Below, piece after piece: positions 49,801 to 62,045 of a stretch of 64,000 bases of DNA. Below the pieces are notes generated by a model. That model ran no database searches. It saw only the letters and a program-made list of their open reading frames with translations, and had not been told where the DNA came from. This stretch comes from Cirrosporium novae-zelandiae (taxonomy: Eukaryota), in assembly GCA_026023565.1 (NCBI GenBank), contig JAPETS010000035.1:1-64000 (forward strand), in the 5' to 3' direction. Within the stretch, counting starts at the first letter, position 1, and every line of letters starts with the position of its first letter. A program made the position numbers and the translations under genes.

Positions 49801-50031
49801 TTTGCTTGTTTGAGGGGCCATACTGATATAGCAAAATTGCTGTTGGAAAATAGAGCTGATATTAATACAAAAAATGAAGATGGTGATACCGCATTGGATG
49901 ATGCTAGGAGAGAGGGATATGGTGATATAGTGCAGTTGTTACTGGATTATGGAGCCAAGGACACATATGAAGAAGAAGAGGAAGAAGAGGAAGAAGAGGA
50001 AGAAGAATCAAGTGAACCTGCCAGATGTTGA
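46801..50031 (+). pseudogene. Fungal NLR-like STAND gene (helical N-domain, NACHT, ankyrin repeats) with an in-frame stop and a frameshift
   Basis: N-domain DPVHAALPWAG, P-loop WLHGI|PGAGKT, Walker B IVLDALDEC, FISSRP, GM|FQW, FSHLSVQEY, ankyrin repeats. In-frame TAA at 46894-46896. One G missing in the G-run at about 49648-49651. Confidence 0.78.
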
Positions 50032-50314
50032 AATGTTTAGTTCAAGTTACCTTGACATTTGATATTGTACTGTATATGTACCGTCCGTTACATCTGCCTT
50101 TCATCGTTAGCTATTGCTATACACTCCGACTTCGATGGGTGTATTCCGCAAGATAGTTAACATTCTAATGTCTTCCAACTCGCTCCCCTCTCAGTCTTTC
50201 CATAAACAAACGCCATCATTCACTTAAGTAACCACCCGTCATCTAACGAACGTTGAAGGAAGCACAGGCATGGAGGATTGAAGTCAATTGGGATGGTTTC
50301 ATTCTGAGGACTTG

Positions 50315-50361
<47 letters not shown>
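50315..50361 (+). repeat. (GAT)n microsatellite, about 15 copies
   Basis: Direct inspection. Confidence 0.95.
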
Positions 50362-51009
50362 TTGGTGGCATCGTATTGGTTCGGTGTTCCAATTACGCTA
50401 TGCTCGGTTTCAAAGATATTCATGTTATGGGCCTAGGGCGTTCTTCCAACTTGACATTTTTGAAGGTGTGAAGGAGTCGCTGGAGCTATAATGAAAGGTA
50501 TTCATTTGGTTTGTGCTTATGATTTGTATTTCTTCATATACAACATCCATGGTATAACAGATCCAAACCGAGTGCATAATTACCTCTTCAATGTTTAAAA
50601 CATGTCTTTAGCTATCTGATCTGCAAACTTATGTACCATATTTCACTTTACGCTGCTCATCCAGGGTAGAATCCTTGAGTTGGCCAGTATAATATCTATT
50701 GTATCCATCTTTATCCTGCAATATGCAACGGGGAAGCTTACCTCAGTAAATAATGCCACAGTCATACATGCTTCCACAACAGAGATGACATCGCCGGCGT
50801 ATTTGGAGGTTGGTGATGTAGGAAACATTCATGTTACCAGCTTCTTTAGAAATCTTTAGCTAGCTTTCCGATACGTGGCTTTGGAGATTAGAGACCGAGT
50901 AGTCGGAAAATATAATAAAAACGGATGCATAAGTGGTTTGTCTTAATTACTAGTAATGAGTGATATGAAGTAGAAGGAGAGCAGGCAGAGCAGGTGACAT
51001 GTTCCCCAT

Positions 51010-51052
51010 TCGCGACTAAGCACTTTACGCGTCAAGGATGACCCGTCGCGTC
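51010..51052 (+). promoter_or_regulatory. MCB-type cell-cycle elements upstream of RFC3
   Basis: ACGCGT at 51027-51032 flanked by TCGCGA and TCGCGT, about 110 bp before the ATG of a replication gene. Confidence 0.6.
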
Positions 51053-51141
51053 ACCCAAGTCCAACCTCATCGAAATCGTCCGGAAAAAAAACTCGATATC
51101 AACAAATCCTACCACCAAATCCAATCAACCGGCTAGCCACA

Positions 51142-52682
51142 ATGTCAGACTACGAAGATGAAATGGACGTCGACTCCGGTCCAGTAAAGGAGTCAGTCGT
51201 CTTCAGCTCCGACAATGCTGCCAAAGGAAAACGGAGCGCTGCGAACCTCCCCGTCGAAGCTGAGGACACACTGCCATGGTAAGCTGTTCCGACGATCAGC
51301 ATATATATATACATTACATTTATTCGAACAACGCTGAATTAGCTAAATAGGGTTGAGAAATACAGACCCAAAACTCTGGAAGATGTATCTGGCCATCAAG
51401 ACATCCTGGCCACAATCAACAAGTTTGTTGAATCAAATGTACTTTTCACACCTTGCTACGGTCCCCCTCCTCTCTCCACCTGACTGGAGCTAATTGAATA
51501 ATGATGATGATGCACAAAAACAGCGTCTCCCCCATCTTCTTCTCTACGGGCCCCCAGGCACAGGAAAGACATCCACAATCCTCGCGCTCGCAAGACGGAT
51601 CTACGGCAACCATAATATGCGACAGATGGTGCTGGAGCTGAATGCAAGTGACGACAGAGGCATTGACGTCGTCCGGGAACAGATCAAGACATTTGCAAGT
51701 ACGCCTTCACAGCCAAAAACCCTCCCTTATATAACAACAACCTACCTCCTCCCCCATAAAAGTAAACCAAAAACCTAACCACCTCCCCCCCTCTTCTTCC
51801 ACCCACAGGCACGAAACAAATCTTCGCCACCACTTCCTCCTCCTCCTCCTCCTCCACTAGCACAAAAGCCACCCTGGCAAGTTTCAAACTAATAATCCTG
51901 GACGAAGCCGACGCCATGACCTCGACAGCCCAAATGGCCCTTCGACGAATAATGGAGCGCTACACATCCAACACGCGCTTTTGCATCATCGCAAACTACA
52001 CGCACAAGCTGTCGCCCGCGCTGCTGTCGCGGTGCACGCGGTTCCGGTTCAGCCCGCTCAAGGAAGCCGATATCCGCGTGCTGGTGGACCAGGTTGTGGA
52101 GAAGGAGGATGTCAAGATCGTACCGGAGGCGGTGGATAGTTTGGTGAGGTTGAGTAAGGGGGATATGAGGAGGGCGCTGAATGTACTTCAGGCTTGTCAT
52201 GCGAGTAGTAGGTTCCTTCATTCTTACCATTATAACCAACAACCACCACTAACCAAACCAACCCAACAGGCAAACCCCTCCCCCTGCGCAACCAACTCTC
52301 CCAACCCCCACCCCCCCCCTCCTCAACAACCCCCATAACCAACACAACAATCTACACCTGCATCGCCGCCCCGCACCCCTCTTCCATAACCACAATCCTC
52401 ACAACCCTCCTCTCCACCCCGGACATAACCTCCTGCCTCACAACCATCAACACCCTAAAGTCCCAAGAGGGACTCGCACTCGCAGATATCCTTACCGCGC
52501 TGGCGGATCGGTTAATGGAAATTGAGGTTCCGCCCCAGGTTAAGGTGGTTTGGCTGGAGGGGCTGGCGGAGATTGAGTATAGACTTAGTGGGGGGGGGAC
52601 GGAGGGGATTCAGACGGGGGGAATGGTTGGGGTTGTTAGGGGGGGGGTGGAGTTGATGGAGGGGGCGGAGGTGGGGGTGTAG
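51142..52682 (+). CDS. RFC3: Replication factor C small subunit (yeast Rfc3 / human RFC5), 5 exons
   Basis: [53 protein letters not shown] motif [21 protein letters not shown]. Confidence 0.95.
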
Positions 52683-53195
52683 AGGAGGTAGTGTAGTTGA
52701 TGATGGGGGAAGGGGGTGGTTTGTTAAATTATTGATTGACTGTTATGAAGAATACAAAAAAAAACTGGAATAAGTTATATGAATGCGAAATTATGTATAC
52801 CATTCATACCCAATTCTACTTTTTACATTTACAACTCTTATTCTCTTATTTTTTCTTTTTTACATCCCCCCCCAGAACCCAGAACCCAGAGCCCGGGTCC
52901 AACCCATCTGTCTTCTCCCTCAGAAAGCCCATCTAAAAAAAAACCTAAGAGAATAAAAAATTGAATTGAAAAAAAATTTACTTTGATTACTGTGATTACA
53001 TGGGGGTGGGTATTGACCTTTTTTTTTTGTTGTTCGCCCTTCGCATGCAAAGAAAGATGCTAATTGAAATTAGGATAGGATATAGCCAAAGGGCCAAACA
53101 TACCCCAGGGACACAAGCACCTAAACATGCTGAGAAAAAAAAAGACCATCCCCGTCAGAAATGAAGAAATTAAGTCGGAAAGACAAGTCCTTGTA

Positions 53196-55121
53196 CTAGA
53201 AGGTTGTTGGGCCCATTCCTCCATCACTGGTCAACCGTTCCAAATGTTCCTCCGCAAGCTGGCTTCTCAATGCGTCCCTTGCACTCTCCCTCTCCAACTG
53301 ATCCCATTCTTTCATACCTTGCCTCAGCCCCTTTTGTTTTTCCTCAATAGCAGCCCTGATTTTTTCCGCCTCGGCTTCCAGTTGCGCAATACGTTTCTCG
53401 TTTTGGGGGACTAGAGATGGAAGAGCTTTGCCGCCAGGAATCGCCACCGAGAGACCTGAGAGGTGGTTGGGTCCAGTATTGAAACGTTGGGTGCGAGGGT
53501 ATGTGGTGGATGTATTATTCGACCTAAATGAAGGTGGTGGTCCGCCAAAGCCATTGGTACTGCCGCGAGGCCCGGATGGGGGACGATCGTAGCTAGCAGA
53601 GCGATAAGATCCATGAAATGCACCACGACGAGGTGGGCCACCGTGAAAGCCGCCCCTTGGCCCATATCCTCCCTCTCCACGTGGACGTGTGGGAGCTGAG
53701 GCGAGAGATACGCTGGCTGGGCGGTTATGTGCAGATATTGGAACTGCTGGGGTCCCTGGACCAGCTGGTGGTGACATGGCGGTGGATTGATTGTAAGACC
53801 GAGAAGCTGCTGATGGCCCGGTTGGAGGAGCACGAGGAGAATCATAGATACCGTTGCGATAAGATGAGGATGGTCCTGAGGGAGGGGCTCGTTCCCTATC
53901 TTCCATCTCATTCGGAGTTCTGGTGCGCACATCATCTCGGTAGCGGTCACGTTCCCGTTCTCGTTCCCGATCACGAAAAGGTATGTCATAGTGCGAGTCT
54001 TTGGTTGTATGATTTGCTGGTGAAGGAGGATAATTTGCGCGAGGTGGAGACGCTTCACGAGCTCGGCGTGGCGGCGATCGATCCCGCCAAGCTGGGGCTG
54101 GGGAACGAGGAGCAGAGCGTGACCCGTATGGCGTGGATCCGTAGGCCGGAGAATGGGTGTCAGAACCTACATGAGGCACAATAAGCCTCTCAGGATGGGC
54201 CGGTGGTGACGAACGCCGGGAGCCAGCGAGAGAGTCTCGTCCGGAAGCTGGTTCGGCCCGGGAAACAGGTTTGGGGGAGGCAGACCGACGGCGCCAATTG
54301 TCATCACCGTATGGATCGCGGCGGCGTGGGGGAGAGCGTGATCTAGGATGATAGTTGCTTTTCGCATCGTAATCTCGCACGTGCGGAGGAGAGTAAGGGC
54401 GCCTATTGCGTGAAGGGGAAGGTGGTGCATCATATCTCCTCCGGGGTGGCGAAGCTAATCGCTCTCGTTTTGGAGGTGGGCTTCTAGCATCCCGGAAATC
54501 TCTTGATTCTCTTGCACGATATGACACCGAAGCCTCTCGCTCTCTTTTATTGTAGACATTGGGTGGAGGAGATCTTGATCGTCTTCCGTAACGAGGCGGA
54601 GACCTAGCACGATCATCTCTTATAGGCGAGTATCGGCGTGAGATCAAATCTCCTCCTCCTCGATCTCTTCTGTATGTATCCCTTCCTAGCGGACTTCTCG
54701 AACGCCTTCGATATCCAGCGGGAGAGCGGCTTCGCGGTCTATTCGGCACGTATGTATCTGCACCAAGAGGGGAGCGAGTTCGTGGAGGTGGTGATCGTCG
54801 ACGAAAGGTATCCCCAGAGTGACCTCCAGGACGATATGATTCACCTCCACCTAGAGGGCGAGGACGAAATGAGCCACGGTCATCGTATCTAAGATATCGT
54901 ATGTGGTTAGCAATGAAATTGATATATTCCGGGTAGCAGCAAGACATATCAGCAGAAACGAAAAAAAGCAGCTATTCTTCAAAGACAGCTTATACAGCTA
55001 TTCCGCACATATCTTCTAGAATATGGACCAGACACAGTTCATTTATAGCTCGAATACGAAGTTTCAAAAGGAAAGTCACCACTAACCTTCTATCACGATC
55101 GCGATCACGGTCCCTGTCCAT
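53196..55121 (-). CDS. Arg/Ser/Pro-rich (SR-like) low-complexity protein with a C-terminal coiled coil, 2 exons
   Basis: [16 protein letters not shown].., many RSRSP repeats, PPTGP motifs, RGG, C-terminal helix EKRIAQLEAEAEK..WDQLERE. Confidence 0.8.
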
Positions 55122-55812
55122 GATTTCCAGGATTTTCACAGTAAGAGCAAAGGATATGAAGTTAAAGGATAGATTGAGCCGATGTCAGAAAGTATGCACA
55201 AGTTGTGTATTTTGACAGGTGCGGTGGATTGTGGTTGTTGTGAATTAAAGGATGTGACGTGCAGTGAAATTGTAGAATTGGACAGGCAGCTTCTGAGCGA
55301 GCGCCAGCTTCGCTACTGGCAGCTACGCGCTAACCACTTTAAGCATACAGCTCGATCAAGGGGCAAAGCGCATCGCTCTGCGATAATGCAACAATGCAGC
55401 AATTTTGCCAAGTTTACCTGCAACCATCCTGCGTTTCCCCCTAGTATACAGTAACTTATTGAACCATCCCGCTGTCTGATTAGTTTGTTAGCAGCCTAGG
55501 CCAACTTTCAGGGCATCTAGATACTCCTTCCTGGCTTTCCCGGGCTATATTACCTGGGAATGATAACTATGATGTAAGACACCTGGAAGAGCAATCGTTG
55601 TAGGTTTCTGGGAGTATTAATTCTCACTCGAATTCGAAACGCCTCATCCAATAGTCGTGGCTCGCAGTGAAATACGTTATTATCTGTGGCCCGCGTCTTG
55701 AATCTGCTTTTCCCGCCCTTGGCCATCACTTTTGCTCTACAATCTTGTCTGCTGCCATTGCTCTCTTGAAAACAAGTCCTATTTCAAGCCAGAGTATACT
55801 ATCTTGAACAAA

Positions 55813-57588
55813 TCATCTTCTTGACCTCCTCTCTTCGTCCTTCTTTAACCGCTTGCGACTTTCGTTCGCTATCATATCACTCAAATCCTCTTGGAAGCCC
55901 CATTGCGAGTTCTCCTGCTGTCTCTGCGTTTCATACACATTCTTCAAATTATCCTTATTAATCCCATCATGGGTCTGCAGTGAGTCCGGATCCAGTGCCA
56001 CGTCCACATCGCCAGGCTTTTTACGCTTCCTAGATGCATCTTCTTGCCCCAATACAGGTAAAGTGTTCTGAGCTTTGCTGAGATCATATTTCCTATCTCC
56101 TCCGAAAAAGCCTTGTACCCTGGTCTGTTGCTCGGGAAGCACTTGATACGCCGATCTAGGATGTGCTGACCCTTCCGTGTCCGTTCCCCTCCTTTTGCGC
56201 AAATCAAATTCTCCCGCAACGCTCTCCGCGCCCCCAAATTCGGAAGGCACCGTAGATGCTATTCCTGCAGGAGTTTCAAGTCCGTTCGGTGTTTGCAACC
56301 CAGCACCAATATCTTCTTCATCTCCTTCCTCGTCTTCCTCTTCATCCTCGCTCTCCTCCTCTGATTCTTCCTCCGGTTCTTTCAGCTCTCCCCATAAGGT
56401 CTTCTCAACGGGCTCGCCAACTTGCGGATTCTGCGGCTGTTGTAGTACACCAAAAATATCACCACCATATAATGGACGATGGTTTTCATCAACAGGGGGT
56501 TTACCATAGCCACCGGGGTGGAACCCCCACTGAGCACCCGGGGGCGGGGGGGCGTTAAGCCCGGGTATCTTAAGCGCAGGATAGGACGGCGGAGGGCCGA
56601 AGCGTTGTTGGTTGATCAGCCAGGGAGGAGGTGCTCCGGGAGGGATATTTAGCGCTTCTTTCAATTCGTCACTTAGCTCACCAGGTCTGAGATGTTTGAG
56701 GTTTGTCTCATACTCTTTGCCTTCATAGTAAACCTCACCATACCTAGTCAGCTCTGGCTTTGTCTGAAATCGGAAGAAGGCCTCGTAAAGTTTCTGATAA
56801 TCAATATCGAGCTTGCCCATCTTGGGTTGAACTCTTTCCCTCTGTTTCTGTTTGAGGCTTGCTTGGTCTTGCTTCTCCAGAACAGCATCTCTCATCTCTG
56901 CGATTCCAGTTTCCTGGATGAATTTCGGTAATGCGAAGGGTGGTTTCTCGATTCCTCGTTTCGACGATAGATACTCGCGCTTCAGTGACCAATGCGAAGG
57001 CACCGAAACAACGTTGCGATACGATTTAATATGAACAAGTAATCGAGGATCTGAAGCTGAGGTATCTGTCCAATCTACCAATTCGGGCTTTCTCACCAAT
57101 GCTTTCAGTTCTGCGACAGAAAGTTTATTCTGCTCTTTCCGCTTCTTCTTAGAAAGCTTCGGCAGCCCCTGATCCTCATCTTCATCGGGTATATCATCGT
57201 CATCGTCGAAATAAATTTCGGGCTTTTCTGGCTCTTTTAAAGATGGGTCCTCCTTATCAGCTTGTTCGAACTTTCCTTTGATAGCTTTGTACATGTCATA
57301 GAGAGGATCGCTCTCGTCGATCGCGTCAATATCAAAAGCGTCATCTTCGATACTAGTTGATTTCGATGTAGCAGATACGGTTTCCTTTTCGTTCGAGGAT
57401 GGGTTCTCTGGAATAGATTCTTTATCGGGTTTCGGCCCAGAAGAGGGAGTGGAATTGACGGCAGCCTAGAAACAATTGTTATCGAGTGAACGGCTGAACA
57501 ACGAATACATACTAACCTCTTGTTTCTTGGCCTTCTTCTTTGCTCTTCTGAGCTGGTTCTTGGTTGGCTTCACCGACGCTGCCGCCAT
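55813..57588 (-). CDS. SF3B2: U2 snRNP splicing factor SF3b subunit 2 (SAP145/Cus1), 2 exons
   Basis: KNQLRRAKKK, PSHWSLKREYLSSKRGIEK, DIDYQKLYEAFF, PPPWLINQQRFGPPPSYPALKIPGLNAP. Confidence 0.96.
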
Positions 57589-58614
57589 GGTGGTTAGAGA
57601 GGGAAGAGGTAGAGCGTGGCTACACGCGACGATACTTATGCTTCAGCTAACCAAGATTATTTCACGAATAACGATGATGGTGCGATTCAAAAGGGCCCGA
57701 AGGACGAAAGGTCGCAGTGATAGACTTGAAGCTTACTAAAGGGCTCGAGAGTCGATTAAAGTCGGAAGGAATAACTGTCGACTTGGCTGCCGAGTTGAGA
57801 GGTTGAAGCAATACCTGCACGAGAGATGATTTAGTGGAAATACCCGTGACGCGCTAAGCCGCATTGAGACCCCACCTACTTAAAAGATGTAACTACGGCA
57901 CCACATTATCATTCTGCTGGAGTTCAAATTTCTATAATCTGATACTCTATGACCTAGCCATTCTCAATAATTTTGGTAAGTAGAGACTGGTTAGACCCCA
58001 ACGTTCAAAATCACTAAAAATCAATACCATCTATCAAGGTACCTAGGTATATACTTAGAGTCTATGCATGTCTTTCCAGAATTTCACGATAGGTCAATAC
58101 CATATCTAAGAAGATTGTACATGGTGTCTGTCTATCGACTAAACGGAACGGAGCATTTTCATGTAGCCTTGCGGCTTGCCCGTATCTTTGGTACCTAACG
58201 AATCTATCTAATAGTTCCCACGGCTCAACTGAAAACATTGCCCTAATTAGGCTGTTTATGCATTGTCTATTAATTCTGCCCCCAACAAATCCCAAAGTTA
58301 TTCATAAAAAGCAATAACAAGAGACAGAGAAAATTCCAACCCCAAATGCGCCGGCATCTGAGATGCAATTCGAATAAACCTCATAAGTGCGCCGTTACCT
58401 GCTGAACCCCAAGTCCATGAACAGAGGGAGTTTCTCACTTTTTTGTATACCGGGTATGCAGCTGTGCAATCATACGATCCCAATGATGTAAAACGGATGG
58501 CGAGAAACCAGAAAAAGAGCGAAGATTGGAGTAGTCGAAAGAGGGAGAGCGAGTATGATCAGAGCAGTCATCTGGGGAAAATGAAACGATGAGGATATAA
58601 AGCCTCGGACCAGA

Positions 58615-59504
58615 CTAGCATTCATTGCCCGGTTCTGCCATGACCTCTCTAACTTTGTCCAAGGCATCTCTCTCGACTTCAGCCAAACTTCCTGTACCAC
58701 ATTCTACAACGACGACATCCTTCTTCACCTCATCTTGTGTTGGGGGTTCTAAGCTTTCAAACTGACTGTGGACCATGCCACTCTTCATGTAATGCCCAGT
58801 TCTAGCCATGACCCTCTTTAACAGTACTTGTTCATCAGCATGTAGGTAGACGAAATGAATACGGATGTCAGGGTGTTCATAAGCGGCTACGCGGATGACA
58901 TCACGATATTTACGCTTGAGAGCAGAGCAAGTGACAACAACTCCAGACGGGTAGATTTGTTTGATTGTATTTTGAGGTGGAGCAGGAGTTGTGAGGGCGG
59001 AGACGGCGGCATCTCTAAGAGAGATGAGCCAATCCCAACGATCAGCATCGGTAAGAGGATTCCCAGCTGCCATTTTAACTTTGTTAGATGGTGGATGATA
59101 CTGTGAGGCTGTCAGTGAGATGACCTTGAAAATTACGAGCACATTAATTGAAAGAGCTTGGATATATGAGACTTGCGCCAGTTACAAATGTACCTGGCAT
59201 TGTAAGATGCGGCCTTGGGCTAGTTGAAGCAAATCAAGAAAAAGAACAGTATCCCTACATCATCGCCCTCAATGTACGGTAATCCCAACTCGGTAGCAAG
59301 ATACTGAGCTACTGTACTCTTCCCACTGCCAGCGGGACCAGTTATAATCCATATGTGTTGGTGATGTTCTTGCGACAGCGGTTGTGATTGCGACTGCGAG
59401 GTTTCTGATTGCCGGGCGTTATTGATGCATTGCAGTACCTGGAAATTAGGCTGTGATACTGGCGGAGGCTGAACGTAGGACCCGAAGGTATCGTTGGAGA
59501 GCAT
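58615..59504 (-). CDS. Gluconokinase (GntK/IdnK family), 2 exons
   Basis: TGPAGSGKST, EGDD|YHPPSNKVKMAAGNPLTDADRWDWL, CSALKRKYRD, HYMKSGMVHSQFESLEPP. Confidence 0.94.
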
Positions 59505-60557
59505 GGTGGCGAGGGTATAAAGATATTTGCAACTGTGACAAGACGGATGACGTATGGAAAAATTACGGTGGGTCTGGAGAGCAGTGTAACGAAGCACGCG
59601 ACCACTTCAGGAAATGGAAATCAGGTAATTCACGATTCAAAATTGGAGTAGAGGCGCGAAAGAGATAATGGAGAATAGAATCGACTCGATTCTGCAAGAT
59701 AGAAATGATGGATTTGGTAGCGGTGGTAAGAGTAAAGGGGAGGGGGGAACTTTAGGAGAAATATGTCTGAAAGTAGATTGGAAGGGAGGGTTTCCTCTAT
59801 AAACTAGAGGGATAAGCTCCCGCCTGCCACAAGGGGAGTGTCAGGACCTAAATGCAGTGGCGCCTGGAGGAGCCAAAAAGGATGGGCATGGTGGAATTGG
59901 CAAGTTTTCAGTCACACAAATAACAAGCATTAGGTTACTTGTAACTTTGTAAGTTGGTGACGGACGGGCAAACGATGGGATGATGATGATGGAAGGACAC
60001 GATGGGTCAGACTATAAGCTAGACCAAGTGGAGCAATAAGTATTGTACGTATGTAGATTTTCAGCAGGAAACTCTGACGAAAAAAGAACAATTGAGGGAG
60101 AGAGAAGGAAATGGAAACAAAACAAAACCCCCACTCAATCATATGAATTGCGGAGCCAATTGGTATGATGGGATGGGGGTTGGGGGGGGGGGGAAAGCAG
60201 AGCGAAAATAGCGAAAATAGCGAAAAATAAGCGAAGGGACGATGCTTGTCCAACAAGTTGTTCACTTGGTACAAAGTACAGGAATGACTGAATGACTAGA
60301 ATGACTAGTAAAGTTGTGTAATCTAAACGTCTTCCAGAACATAAACCTCAGCTTCATAAGGCGTCGGGGAATGAGGGAAATGTCTGACCACCCCAGATGA
60401 GCCTTACCCTATACGTAATCTAACTGTGACACTGTGACGATTGAGGTTACCCTGGATTTACTGTTGAAAGCTTATAGGATTTCAGTGGTTACCATGAAGA
60501 CGGGTGGAACAATCACTTGGGAACCTAAATGCTCTCAAACATGATTAAAAGACTGTT

Positions 60558-60561
<4 letters not shown>

Positions 60562-60599
<38 letters not shown>

Positions 60600-60616
60600 G
60601 AGAGAAAGAGAGAGAG
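60562..60616 (+). repeat. (GA)n / GAGAAA purine microsatellite
   Basis: Direct inspection. Confidence 0.92.
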
Positions 60617-60863
60617 TAGGTACGATTGTTAGTTGCTGATGCCAAGTAGGTATACATAATTACAGTCAGTCATGGGGTCTTGTCATTAACCATTAGATAA
60701 CATCCATTGTACTTTAGTAACTTGTTGAGTGGATTAAGTCGGGATACATAACCCGTCGAGCGGCTTTTGAACTTTTCAACTTATCGCCCTCTTCAGTGTC
60801 TTCATTCAGTATCTTCACTTGCAAAAGAGCATTTACCGTCGGCCATCGGCGTTTGAATCTATG

Positions 60864-60947
60864 ACTATATACGGCTATACGGTTATGCGGCTATGTAAAA
60901 ATGCTTGTGCTATGCTTGTGCTATGCTTGTGCTATGCTGTGCTTGTG
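60864..60947 (+). repeat. Adjacent 8-bp (CGGCTATR-like) and 11-bp (ATGCTTGTGCT) tandem repeats
   Basis: acggctat/acggttat/gcggctat, then atgcttgtgct three times plus a partial copy. Confidence 0.8.
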
Positions 60948-61553
60948 TAAGCTGAGTGAAATAGACTCCGGCTATGTCCAGGAGTGAGTTAATCCTTTTC
61001 TCTCACCCCCTTTTTTGTCCCCTCTTGATTTTTTATTTTATTTTATTGTATTGTATTTCGCAAATAGTGAACGAATAACTTTTCTCCGGTCTGTAGCTAA
61101 GAGGAAAATGAACTTCAGGTACAGCAAGTAGTCATCAATGACAGGTCCAGAATAAAAGCAACCAGATGAGGGCACCAGTCATTTTGTGGCATCGATTCCG
61201 GGAGGATCGGCGGGGAACCTGGCAGGGCTTGAGAAGGTTGGGAAGGTTGTTTGGAGGGATGAGACAACCACTTTTCCAAGAAAATCCAACAAGTCCAAAA
61301 AGGTGGCTTGCATTAAGTCTGGACGTTTACCTCGACGACATGTCCTTGATTCTTTCCAAAAGTCAATTAACAAGAAATAAACGGTCTGGACTTGGAAAAG
61401 AACGATATGATAGCCAATATCAATTTTCGAATTCAATCGTGTTCATCGTGTTCTTTTATCAGAGGTTTTTATGAATGATTATCATTTCATAACCATCCCA
61501 CAACTATATGTATACAGCAGGTCCTGTTATGAATTATGAATCTGTTGACGGTG

Positions 61554-61592
61554 CACAACAGCACAACAGCACAACAGCACAACAGCACAACA
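61554..61592 (+). repeat. 8-bp tandem repeat (CACAACAG), about 4.5 copies
   Basis: cacaacag repeated. Confidence 0.85.
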
Positions 61593-62045
61593 ACCGAGAA
61601 CTTAAGGCAATCAATCAATCCAAGGCAATCCAGGGAACATTGTCAGTAGTTCAACCAGTCGGGGAGAGCTCGGGGGAAGCAGATGACCCCCCCCGGTGGG
61701 CAAATGGCGTGGGGGGATTTTCCCACTTTGAGGCTAAATTCAAGTGGAAAGAATTTAAACATTTTGTCATGGACTAATTACTTCAACCAAATCAGGCAAC
61801 TTTCCTCTTTCGGCTTTTTCATTTCCTGGTCTCATTCATATCATGGCCTTCTTCGCCTATCAGAACTTTATCCATCATCATACACAGTAGCGTATAGATC
61901 TATAGTAAACTCTTCAACATCATTCATTTCTTGTGATGCTGTAGAAAGCTGTTCTAATTAACCAATCCTAGTGGGGTATAAAACAAAGTCTGTAAATCAA
62001 TAGAGAGAGGTATTCATCATCTTTAGATAGTCGTAATATCAATAG

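Noticed and set aside
50220..50471. Poly-Ile and poly-Asp ORFs
   Set aside because: Translations of the (GAT)n microsatellite with no other coding signal.
45900..51100. Adjacent amyloid-signalling or HeLo/gasdermin effector gene for the NLR
   Set aside because: No convincing ORF or amyloid motif seen on either side of the NLR.
52305..52340. Apparent frameshift or stop in the RFC3 C-run (ORF track ends at 52338)
   Set aside because: After splicing at about 52211-52269 the frame continues to [15 protein letters not shown] with no lesion.
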